Source: Psammoneis japonica
Taxonomy: Eukaryota
DNA length: 46,025 nt
Assembly: GCA_008632985.1 (NCBI GenBank)
Contig: QPGO01000353.1
Coordinates: 1-46,025 of the forward strand
Direction of reading: 5' to 3'
Shown: positions 1-10,779 of the stretch, piece after piece
Layout: every line of letters starts with the position of its first letter
Position numbering within the stretch: the first letter of the stretch is position 1
The notes under the pieces: model-generated
The model's input: only the letters and a program-made list of their open reading frames with translations
The model's database searches: none
Told to the model about the DNA's origin: nothing
Program-made: the position numbers and the translations under genes

Positions 1-274
1 TGAAGGTCACTCCAAGCGAAGCCACCAAGAAACCACGTGTCGTCTGCTCTGATGGTCACTTGTTCCATGACTGCCTGGTCTTGAATGACAATCCATGCAT
101 CAAGGGTTTTCACACACGTTTTTGTCAATTCTTGAAGAGGGAACAAGCGGCCATGCGTGCTTCTGAATTCCAAGGACCCCAAGGTTCATTGCCACCTCAT
201 CAGGGAAATCCTGATGCTCCACCTGTTTCTGGTGATCAGTCTCTGGATTTTCAATCAGGCCATCGCAGCCAGTT

Positions 275-3200
275 TTGGATCTCCAACGCAGCCCATTTTC
301 TACCCACCAAGACAAGACCAATGTCAGCAGGATGACTGTGAAAGAGGGACTAACCGTCTCATCATTCACCACTGCACTGCCTCTTTCTTCGACCACTGAT
401 GTGGATTGCACTCATGCCCCTGACCCAAATGTATCTCCTGATGTCACCAAGCTGCCCAACCATGATCCTGCTCTCCCAAAGGTTACAGCAGATGCTGATC
501 CTGCTCTGGACTCTTTGGAACAGGGGAGGGATGATTCAGAAGAACAGGATTTTGCTGAATTCATTGATCTTGCCTGTGACAACATGGCCATTGAGGACGG
601 TTTTGCCACAGTGAACTCTGTCCAAGTCACTCCGATTGATCCACCCCACGATGTTGAATCGGATGCACCAGAATCACTCCGTGCTGCTTGTTCTGTCAAT
701 GCTGTCAAGTTTGCACCGAATGAATGCTGTGCTCAGCTGGACACCGGAGCCGATGTTGCCTGCACTGGAGACCGTGACCTGCTACATTGACACCAAGAAT
801 TTACTCCATTGAATCCATGCCCGCTTGCTGTCAACCCAGCTCTTGGACATGAGGCTGTCCCAGTTGGCTTTGGACACCTCCGTGTGCCTGCGGAGAACTC
901 AGACGGATGTGTTGAGGTTCGTGCTCATCACCACCAGCAGATCCAATCTGCCTCACTTGATGAGCAATTGCCACTCTGTCAGAACGGTGCCCTTCGGACA
1001 GATTGCAACATTGATTGCACTCTCAAGTTCCATGATCTTGGCACCTGCAAGTTTGTTGCACGGCATCACTTGCGCAAGAGTCAGGATGTCATCATTCATG
1101 GAAAATTGATCAACGGCAAGTGCTGTGCTCACCCACTCATCCTCCTGGAATCTCATTGCGAGTTAGATGCCTCAATTGAATGCCTCAAGACCAGCAACCC
1201 TTCTTTTGCTGATGAATGTGAAGGGGTCTCGGCATGCGTGATTGACACATGTTGTGATGCCAACATGATGCTCTTCATGTGGAAAGGAATTTGATCCCCC
1301 GAGCATGTCAAGATGTCCCCTTTGAAAAGTGTGCTGAGAAGAATGTCCCTGTGCAATCTCACAAGGCCGACACGGAACGCCTTTCATGGCATGAACGGCT
1401 TGGACATCCCAGTGATCACTGCCTCTGTCATGCTCATGAACATGTTGACAGTGTCCCGAAGTTTGCCCATGGTGCATCTCCCCTTGACACTTGTCCCACG
1501 TGTGTCCATGCTAAACAGACCAAGGAACTCGCTGGCCCCAATGCCACCTTAACTGCCACCCAACCACACCAAGGCCTCACAGTGGACTTTTCTTTCTCTG
1601 GCTTGTGCTCCAAGAATGCCGAGCACGCCAAAGATCATGTTGGGTTGAATGGTGAAACATGTTGGATCACTGTCTATGATCATGCAACAAAGTGTCTCCA
1701 TGGTGCAACTCGTGTTTCCAAAGCCACCCCTTTGAATTGGTTTTGCCACTTTCTGGAAGAGCATTTGCCAAAATGTCCTGACAAATGTGTTTTTGTGGAT
1801 CAAGGAGGTGAAGTGTATGACAACCCAGTGGTTCGGCAACTCTTCAAGGATGACTTTCATCATGTGGTTCGTCCTGCTGGAAAAGATGCTTCAAACCAGA
1901 GTGGTCCAGTTGAACAGAGTCATTTGACCATGCAAATGCCATTCGGGCAATGCTGACAGGTGCTGATCTACCCATCAAGTTTTGGCCACATCCTTTTCAT
2001 CATTTCATTCACATCAAGAATGCTGTGCCATCCCAAGGGCAAACTGCTGCCCCAACCACACTTGCTGCTGGTCGGAAGGATGATTTTTGTAACTTCCGCA
2101 CATTTGGTTGTCGTGTTTGGGTGCGCACTGTGAATCATCATCTGGCAAATTCCAGACCATTTCATGCAAGGGCACATTCTTGGGTTGTCTCCCAGACACC
2201 ACCAAGAACATCTGGTGGCATGACACTGAGACGTCACATGTCAAGCTTGCGAAGCACATCCGTTGTGATGAGGGGATGAATGATTTACCCCATGATTCTG
2301 TTCCCCTGAATGTGGTTCACTTGGAATGCACTCAGGCTGGTGCAGCTTTTCCTGCTGAAACTGAGGAAACCACCGTGGATGAGCTTCATTTCCATGGTGA
2401 CCCTTTTGGCAAGACTGTCACGCACACAATGAAAGGTCCATTTTCAGACTCTACTTTTGGAACATCATTGGCTGCAGATGACCTGTGCCAATGTGTCTCA
2501 TTCTTGGACATCAAACATGGTTCCCCTGCTGCCTGCCTCTTCTCATCTTTGAAGGCAATGCACAACAAGATCAAGGGTGCCTGTGTTGTTTTGATCAATG
2601 ACCAACCTGTCTTTGCTCCTGATGATGCTGTCAAGCATTTCCAGCAGTTGCGTGATTCTGGCAAGACTCATTTTGAAATTGAATTCATGCCAGAACGCTG
2701 CCTGGACTCTCATGGTCTACAACGTGCTCTCATGGAACATGACATTTTCTCCCCTGCCCCAGATCCTGAAGATGAGCATGTCCCGGAGCTGACACACGCT
2801 GACACACATGCAATTGCTGCAACGCGCTATCCCGACACTGATTTTGAAGCCATCGATGATGACGATGTTCCCCCACCTGTCTCTGTTGACTGTGACAATG
2901 GTGTCATCAACATCCATGCGATTTCCTCCCATGCCATTGCCCTGGAAGAACAAGCATTGGGTGCTTTCACTTGTCATCATCTCAAGCAGTTGGATGCATG
3001 GCCTGAATGGCATGCAGGTGAACTCAAACAACTTGAACAATTCCATGAGTTGGGAATGTTTGGTGCACCAATCAAATGTCCTGAGGATGCTGTTGCACTT
3101 CAACCACACTGGCAACTTGACCTCAAGCATGATGGCACACAACACTCCCGTCAGTGTTGCAATGGTTCTCCTCATGCAGCGTTTGTTCTCCATTGTCTTT

Positions 3201-4686
3201 GTTCAACATGCTCTTCCTGTGTTGAACAACCCATCCAGCAGATGTTCTTTGCTCTGGCAGCTACAATGAGCTGTCTGGTGTTTGGCGGTGATGCCCATGA
3301 TGCCTGTGCTCATTCCCCCCGACCGTTGCACCCAGTCTATGTCGCTGTTGATGATGGGTGTGCGACTTGGCACAAGTCTTGCTTTGGCAATGAGCTGGAC
3401 AGGAGCATGGTGCTCACGATGCAACATGCTCTCCAGGGACACCCAGAAGCCGGCGTGCTCTGGGAGAATCACATCAATGGCATCTTTTCTGATGTGACTC
3501 CATTGTTTTGGAACACTGCTCATGACAAATGCATCTGTTCTGCTGCATTTAGAGGACACAAGATTTTGCTCCTTTGACAGGTTGATGACTTTGCCATCGC
3601 ATGTCCCAAAGAATCCATTGCAAAGAAGATCTGCAATGAGATTGGCAAGGCACTTCAATTGGATTTGGAGCCTGCCCCCCCTTAAAGCACCTTGGCCTGC
3701 TTGAGGAATTCAATGGCATGGATGTTCATCAGCATGATGACTTGATTGGTGTTGCTGTTCACAGCCATGTTGAATGAGTTTGCCTCTCACACGGTTGGTC
3801 TGCACCAAGTGATGAGGAACCACTTGGTGACTTCAAGGTGACCCCCATTCCAGTGGATTCCATTTGTGAGCTTTGCACTGCCATTGGGCCTGCTGAAGGT
3901 ACGCTGGAGCATGCAGAGCTGCAACAAGCTGCTGGTTTTGGCTGCCATGCTCTCCTTGGTGAGCCATTGTGCGCCTGTGTCATCTGTCAACTCGACATTG
4001 GCTATGCTGTCACCACCCTCTCCAAGTTCTCCACATGCCCTGCAGCAGTGCATTGTGATGCACTCAAGGGTGTCTGCAAGCATCTTCGTCACACCAAGCA
4101 TTGGGAATTGAGCTGCAAGAAGACCCATTGTGACTCGAGTCTCCCTGCCTGCCTGCATGAATGCCTGACTCCTGATCCGACACTTCCGTCATTCCCTGCT
4201 CCCAAACATGATCACCAGCTTGTTGCCTTCCTTCATGCCACACATGGCAATGATCTTTGTAACCATCGTTCCATGATGGGATGTGCTTGCATGTTGGCTG
4301 GTGCTGCCATCTGCTTGAGTTGCAAGACACAGTCGGTGACTGCTGCAAGCTCCACAGAAGCGGAGTTCTGTGCTGCTGGCACTGCTGCCAAGCATGTTCT
4401 TTGCCTTTGTCATGTCTTGCATGACCTGGGCTTCTCTCAAATGAAGCCCACTCCCTTGCATGTTGACAACAAATTGGCAATCAAGATCATCAACCACTCC
4501 ATCCCAACCAAGTGCTCGCGCCACATTGAAGCTCAGTTCTTTGCGATCCAAGAATGGAAGGAGGCAGGCAAGATTGTCACCAGACATGTCCCTGGCATTG
4601 TCAGCCCCAGCAATGACCTCACCAAGGCTCTTGGTTGGGCACTCCATGCTTGCCACGCTCGACGTATGATGGGACACTGCTGTTGA
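275..4686 (+). pseudogene. pol: copia pol pseudogene (protease, integrase, RT, RNase H) with frameshifts and stops
   Basis: Protease AQLDTGAD (~730-755); integrase WHERLGHPS...CPTC, VDFSF, VFVDQGGE, ASNQSGPVE; RT ALQGHPEAG and *QVDDFAIAC (~3575-3605); RNase H SSTEAEF...VDN...RHIEAQFFAIQEW...DLTKALG, ending 4686. Confidence 0.9.
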
Positions 4687-4823
4687 TGTTTTTTTTTTCG
4701 TGGTGGCCTCCCCACTGTGCATTGCCCCCCCTCGTTTGTTGCGTGCTGGGCTTGGACACTTGTGGTGTCCTTTGGTCTCTCTGTTTGCATCATCCCTGTT
4801 CTTTGGTTTGATCTGCTGCAGCA

Positions 4824-5265
4824 TGCATGCAGACAAAAGGTTGTTTTTGTCATGCCCTTTGTGACATTTAAAGGCTGTAACACGTCGCCGTGATGCATTG
4901 ACTCTCATCAGCAGCTGTGTGTTGCACTCCTCCCCATGTGTCACGCGTCCATGCGGCTCTTTACTAACGTGCACTGACACTGCACGGTTTTGGCGGAACA
5001 GTGTGGGCACGCACGAAGGAACGAGCAGAACTGCACAGAGTTTTACGCGTTCGACAGTGATCAACGTTGCTGCAGACAACTCCCACTCAGGGTTTCGAAC
5101 CCCTGGCCTCCTGCCCAATGGTTGCGATGAACCACTCTGCTGTGAATTCACAACGCAGTGTGCATGCAGACAAAAGGTTGTTTTTGTCACGCCCTTTGTG
5201 ACATTTAAAGGCTGTAACACGTCGCTGTGATACATTGGCTCTTGTCAGCAGCTGTGTGTTGCACT
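4824..5265. repeat. ~105-bp direct repeat pair (4824-4928 and 5161-5265) in the copia 3' UTR
   Basis: TGCATGCAGACAAAAGGTTGTTTTTGTCA...GCTGTGTGTTGCACT occurs twice; most differences are at CA/TG/CG/TA positions. Confidence 0.9.
5082..5150 (-). ncRNA. degenerate tRNA-like / Pol III A-box + B-box sequence
   Basis: Minus strand reads CAGCAGAGTGGTT (A-box-like)...GGCCAGGGGTTCGAAACCCTG (B-box within a CAGGG/CCCTG stem). Acceptor and anticodon arms are poor. Confidence 0.4.
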
Positions 5266-5519
5266 GCACCATCTTCTGTTTTGAGATGTCACAGATCAGG
5301 GGAGGGTGTCAGCCCATCTGTCATGCAATGGACAGACTGCACATGGATGATGACCGGACTGTTTAGACAGACGAGCAGATCTCTGCCTCTCACTTTCTCA
5401 TCTGCTGGCCAGTGCTTGTGTTGTCACAGTCCTGGTGCTTGGGGAGTCTTTCATGCCTCTGTCATCATTGACCTTTGGCACTCTGTCATTGGAGTTGGCG
5501 AGTGACCTCATTTGCAATT

Positions 5520-6100
5520 CCCTCATTCCGCACTCCTGGAACAACACGGGAAAAGTGCTGCACATGGACAACTGTGGTGCTTTACAAGCATCTTGCTGTT
5601 TGAGGCACTTTGGGAAAGGGGAATGTTTGCAGTCAGCCCAACTTGCACTGCGACCTGAGAAACCAAGCAATTGTGCAGACACGAGCATTCCCTTCCAGAA
5701 GTGTGGCAAGAGTGCATTGCATCTTGTTGGAGGGAAGGGCTGGATGTGCCGTGTGGTTCGAAAGATCAAAGTTGGAGCAATTCAAGTTTCCATTTGGTTG
5801 GACAACAAATTTGTGACTGTTCTTTCTACAGCTTGCATCAAAGCTGCTGATGAGGGCACAACTGTCTTGCGTTGGGTGAGAACCGAAAGAGCACGAGTTT
5901 GGATTCCGGCGCTGATGCCAATTTTGCAATGCGCGCCAAACATGGGTGGCATGGATTGCCTTGACAAGGCAAATGCCCTCGCAAACATTCAGATTCGGTG
6001 CTGCCAAAAGTGGTGTCACAGGCAAGTGTTTTTCTTTTGTGTCTCTTTGGTTGGCAAGCGGAAAATGCAGTGGAGTGGCATTCGTTCATCATGACACACA
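5520..6100 (+). pseudogene. piggyBac-like DDD transposase, C-terminal fragment
   Basis: GKVLHMDN, WLDNKFVTVLST and QCAPNMGGMDCLDK match the piggyBac motifs W.DnK.V..LST and Yn..MGGVD..D. Confidence 0.75.
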
Positions 6101-6289
6101 TCACTCACCTGTGCCACCATTTGACTCTCTGAGATAAACACTCAAACAAAAAACTGATGAGCAGCTGTTGCAGTGACATGAAAAGACGTGACAGTCGACC
6201 ATGGTTGAGATGCCGTGCTTGGTGTCTTTACGAAAATCAGTTGTGCACCACAACATTCAGCACAAGCAAGGGCACAGCGTCACACAGCA

Positions 6290-6560
6290 TTCAAAAGGTG
6301 AACAACGGACAGCAGGTTTCTCAGAGGGTAAAGCGCGAACAGCACAAACAAATGATTCTCGTTGACTTCAAGAGGAACAACAACAGATTTTTGAGTCGGT
6401 TTTTGCCAAATCTCTTTTTTGGGACGCACCAGTGTCACATTTTTGCACCGTGTGTCAACAGAGGGTACAAAGACATTTCTAAAATGTCACTGGATGGCTC
6501 TGGGCATTCAGCGGTTGTTGAGTTACAACACCAAGAGATGATCGGTGTGGTGTTGTGCCT
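6290..6560 (+). repeat. fragment homologous to 36900-37170 (3' part of the putative hAT-like family)
   Basis: QHKQMILVDFKRNNNRFLSRFLPNLFFG...QEMIGV aligns with QHKQTTLIDFRRNNSRFSSCLLPNVFLG...PEMVGV. Confidence 0.65.
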
Positions 6561-7197
6561 TTGTGTGCAGAAGAAAAAGAAAACAAAGCCAAAGTGGGAA
6601 ACACTTTTTTCGTCTGGGCATGCCTTGAACAAGGGCACAAGTCTACGACAAATTTATGTGCAAATGTGCCAAAGAGAAACCCCCAGATCTTGGGACATGT
6701 TTGAGACACGGCTGGGCACAAGGAGTGGTCTGTCTTGGTCAGTGCATGGTGCATGCCTGACGTCACAGAGCCAAAAATTAGCCTCTTCGAAAAAATTGAT
6801 GGTTGTTGGCCCTGTGCATGACACAATTTTAGGCCATGCATGCTTTGGCCTCAAAAACAACATGCCCCAGACACCACACCCCCGAGTCGACACACGAGAC
6901 AAACCAGAAGTGGCGTTTTTGATGCAACAAAAGTGTGTGTGGCTGCACCTTTTCCAAGAACAACCCACAACCTTGTCATGCATGAGGCATTTGCTGTGTT
7001 TGGGTCACTTTGCATGCGGTTCTTGTGTCTCATCACGACACAGCATTTTTCCTGAACATGCTCTCAATCAATCCACTGCAGACACTCATGCAGTGAAGTT
7101 GATTGTGCACAAGTCATGCACAAGTTTAATGTCATGATCAACACAGGTGCAAGTGTCGTGCCGCAGCAAGCAGCAGCAGCACACTGGGAATGAATGG

Positions 7198-7243
7198 ATG
7201 CATGCATGCGCGCGCGCGCATGCGTGTGTGTGTGCGTGCATGC
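7198..7243. repeat. 46-bp strictly alternating purine/pyrimidine tract
   Basis: ATGCATGCATGCGCGCGCGCGCATGCGTGTGTGTGTGCGTGCATGC, built only of TG/CA/CG steps at the YR positions. Confidence 0.85.
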
Positions 7244-7399
7244 CAGAGGTGCACAAATTGTCTGTTGTCATTTGTGTGTGCTCATTTGCGCATTTGTGCA
7301 CCTCTGGGGTGGGCCGCAGGGATGGAATGCTGCAACCCTACATTCAGTGCAGGAGGATGCACCACAGTGTCCGGCAGTGAGGTGGAAAAATCCATCAAC

Positions 7400-8480
7400 A
7401 AACAGACACAATGTGCGAAAAATGTGCACACTTCGGCACACAAAAAAATGCCCTCACCATGATGATGACACAACTGCCACTCTGCAGAGTGGCAAAGGCA
7501 GTCAAGCATGCACAACCCAGTGCTAAAAAAGACTTCACTGAGATGTGTGTGAACACTGTGTTTGTCAGTGGCATGAATGGCAAAGCAGTTTTCCCCCTTC
7601 CCAGTTGTGTGCAAAAATGGCTCTCGTGCATCTGGATCAGTGCCTGCTTGCACAGAGAACACATGTGGATTGTCTTTGCAAAAACAAGCAATTGGCAACC
7701 ACTCCATGCTTGGTTTTCCTGCACTTCTTGGTTGGGGTCAAATGAGCATTGATGCCACCTGCGGGCAATCCATCCACACCAAGGACAGATGCAAAAGTGT
7801 TTGGATGAGCAGCATCTGGTGGTGAAGGCATGCAAGCCACACTGCAGTCATTGGCAATTGGCCACTCCACAAAAAACTCACAAAAGCTCTTTTCACACTC
7901 TTTGTGACTGCCATTGCAACCATTGCACACTCTCCATGATGTGCTCCAGCCCCAGGTGGGAGCTCGCAGCACTGATGCATGACACAATTGTTTTTCATCA
8001 TCCATCACATGTTTGGCACCTGCATTTCTGTGTGTGATCTTCCAAAAATTTGTTCCAGACTTGCTGTTTTGCAAAACCCCAGATGTCTCATTTGATGAAT
8101 TCATTGGAACAACAATGTGCCAGGTGCATTCTTCAATGTCTGAAGAGCGCACCTGGCTGAGCAAAAAATGATGTGCTTCAATCATGGATGAGTTTGTGTG
8201 TTTGCAAAATTGCCTCATTTTTTGTTGGCGATCATTGTCATTTTTGTCATTTGACAATTTCACCACAGAGCCTGCATGCAGAACTCTGCAGGCCCACTGT
8301 CACACAGATTCCCACCTGCATGTCTGGAATGCATCCCATGTGTCGATGACAACCATGCCAAAGACTGAGAAAGTCACACCGTTGGACAAGTCCAGGGTGC
8401 CCAACTTCCATTTGATCTGCAGGTTGTCTTGCCTGTTCCCATTGTGCTGGTCAATCTTTCCACAAGTGTCACATTGTTTC
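7400..8480 (-). pseudogene. putative hAT-like transposase fragment
   Basis: TCRWESV*QWACRVL resembles the hAT TRWNS...RLL block. It continues NDNDRQQKMRQF...SSDIEECT, homologous to 28141-28450 (+) and ~36110-36200 (+). Confidence 0.5.
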
Positions 8481-8499
8481 TTTGCTGCTTTGGGTTGGG

Positions 8500-8776
8500 G
8501 TGTCAAGCTCCTGTTGCTCAGAGTCAGCATTTGTGCTGACTTCCTCAACCTGGTGCCAAGGAAGGTGGATCATAAGACACAACGGACAAGCCATGCGTTG
8601 GCAACTTACAATGGAAAACTTCAGTCCCGAAACAACACACATCAAGGGCAAGGCGAACGTCATCACGAGAGATGCGATCAGCTGACTCACTGTGAAGAAA
8701 ATTGAATCCTGCAACAATGTCCCACCGTTAAAATGGGATAAAGACATTTGCCTCCAAATTGTTGGACGCAACACAT
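8500..8776 (+). mobile_element. Ty3/gypsy host copy, RNase H C-terminal fragment (left part of the interrupted element)
   Basis: AMRWQLTMENFSPETTHIKGKANVITRDAIS (gypsy RW.L...F...I.YIKGK.N..ADAISR). The sequence resumes at 14169 exactly as in the uninterrupted sister copy. Confidence 0.8.
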
Positions 8777-9144
8777 TGCACTGTGCTCAAAGAATGAGTG
8801 CAAACGAAAGTAGAGTCAAGCACGAAAAGTGAAAATTATGAGATTAAATTTTACTTTGTGATTGTTTGGTTTCTCTGAATGAGTTCTCAATGGCCTGAAG
8901 CTTCTGCACTGCTTCCACAGACAAAAGGCCTTTCGGAGAATGCATTCATGACAACAGATTGTCCGAGTGCTGTTGCCATTGACACGTAAGATGTCAACAT
9001 CGTCAATCAATCGCACTTGCAATTTTCAACTTCCGATCAACTCTGTGTGATCGTTCTGTCCTTTGTGCGCATCCACGACTGTGGTGCGATTGACACACAA
9101 ATGACACATGCTTGTGAACATGTTTGTGACAGTCACATGCTGCA
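8777..9144 (-). repeat. gypsy 3' LTR (368 bp)
   Basis: Direct repeat of 13807-14168 and inverted repeat of 15087-15454; TG...CA termini; preceded by the PPT. Confidence 0.9.
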
Positions 9145-9922
9145 CTTGCCTCCCTAATTGCACATTGGGGTTGTTCATCAAGTTGAGCCATTCAACGGAC
9201 ATTGACATTGTCAATGATGTCTCCACATTGACTGCATTGTGCCATCAGCAGTGACTGTTGTTGTTTTACACAGGCCAGCACAGGGCTGTTTCAATTTCCA
9301 AATGTCTTTCAAGAGTTTCATGATTTGTCTCACACTCCATGCATGTGCACATGTGCAACATTGTGTCCAGCATTCTCTCTGACATCGTTTTGTTCATGTG
9401 GACACAAGGACCAATTGTCCTGCTGCTCTTTCATGGTGTGGATTGCACACAGCATTTTGCCCAGCGCTCGATGTACGCTCTTGTTTGTGGTGTTCACTTG
9501 CTTGTGGATTTTGTGCAGTTTGGCAGGCTTGCTTCATGTGCCATGTTGCTCTGCTGCACTGCCGCGTTTCACAAGCAATTAACGACGGTCAAGGATGTTT
9601 TCTGACCATTTCGTCTTGACAATCCTGTGATGGTTGTGAGCTCCTTTATGGATTTTTTGTCACTTCGACCATCTTTTGTTGTTTGGACCATCTTTTGTTG
9701 GATTTTAAATCATTGTTTGGACGTTTCTTTTTTGACATGCCGGCGTTATTTTGTCATTCCGAAGGCACTGCTTTCATGCACTGAGTGGACAAATGTCCAT
9801 TTTTCTTTTATTTTTCTGAATCTTTGGCACATCTCGTGTGTCAACATGATGTGTGTTTTTATGTCTTGCCTTGTACATTGAACATTACAATCTGCAGGTG
9901 TTGAGATTGTCTTTCATGCCAG

Positions 9923-10638
9923 GAGAGCACGGGAAAATTGAACGGCTGTTGTTCTTCAGACATTTGTGAAAAGAAGTTGTCAAACACATTTCAAAGGGCT
10001 CATGTAGAATTTGTGTGTGGGCAATGATCACGATCACTAAAAAAGTTTGCGTTGGTGATTTTGCCAAATGACATTGGTGAGAACGGCTTGACGTTGAGTC
10101 GTGTGGTAAAAAAAACAGCTTGAACAGCTCAACTTTGCGTGGTCCGGTAAAAATGCTGTTCGCACAGCATCAGCGATTGCTCTCTGATGCTACAAAAAAA
10201 CCACCATGGCCTGTTGAGTCCTTCTTTCTTCCCTTGCCGGCAGGGCTTTGCATGATTGGATGCTTGGTGGAGGATGTCGAAAGCTCAAAGACAAATGTCA
10301 GCATGGAAAACGTCCGTCGGTTCTCATGCTGAAACCGGAGAGGGTTTTGAATTGCCTCAACGGCAAAAGTTTAATGTCTCCGTTACCGCACGGTAAAAAA
10401 GAATGCCATTTTTTTACTGTCCGGTAAAAAAAAACTGCTCGAACGGCACTCGTTTTGGTGATCCGGCAAAAAAGAATGGTGCTGGCACGTCCGACGTCCG
10501 AGCAAAAGCTCACGCAAATTTTTGCAATGGCCGACCGTTGAACATGTGTGTCCTTCCCTTCTATGTTGCATGCTGTTCAACGGAAAACAAGGTGCATTGC
10601 GCACCATCTGGGCGGACACCCTGTTTTCCCGTGGTCTC
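9923..10638. mobile_element. 716-bp non-autonomous TIR element (MITE) in the gypsy 3' UTR
   Basis: 15-bp TIR GAGAGCACGGGAAAA / rc GAGACCACGGGAAAA (1 mismatch); 3-bp TSD CAG (9920-9922, 10639-10641). The sister copy shows the empty site GCCAGTGTGAAG (rc near 14305-14320). Confidence 0.85.
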
Positions 10639-10779
10639 CAGTGTGAAGTGGACACGTGCAATGCATGCCAATCTGTCACTGTTTTTTCCTAACCGTCCTT
10701 TAACAAGGCGATTTTATCCTCATGACATGAGCATTTTTCGATCTCGCTCGCCTCCACGAAAAGTGTTAGTGTGACATGT

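Larger units (their letters stand above)
1..5488 (+). mobile_element. Ty1/copia LTR retrotransposon (CoDi-like), degenerate; 5' part lies outside the window
   Basis: Copia domain order PR-IN-RT-RH on +, followed by a ~600-bp 3' UTR, purine tract AGGGGAGGG (5298-5306) and TG at 5307. The LTR 3' end (~5488, ...CTCTGTCA) is approximate because no second LTR is available. Confidence 0.85.

Noticed and set aside
5489..5503. Primer-binding site TGGAGTTGGCGAG after the copia LTR
   Set aside because: I cannot match it to a tRNA 3' end, and the LTR boundary is unverified.
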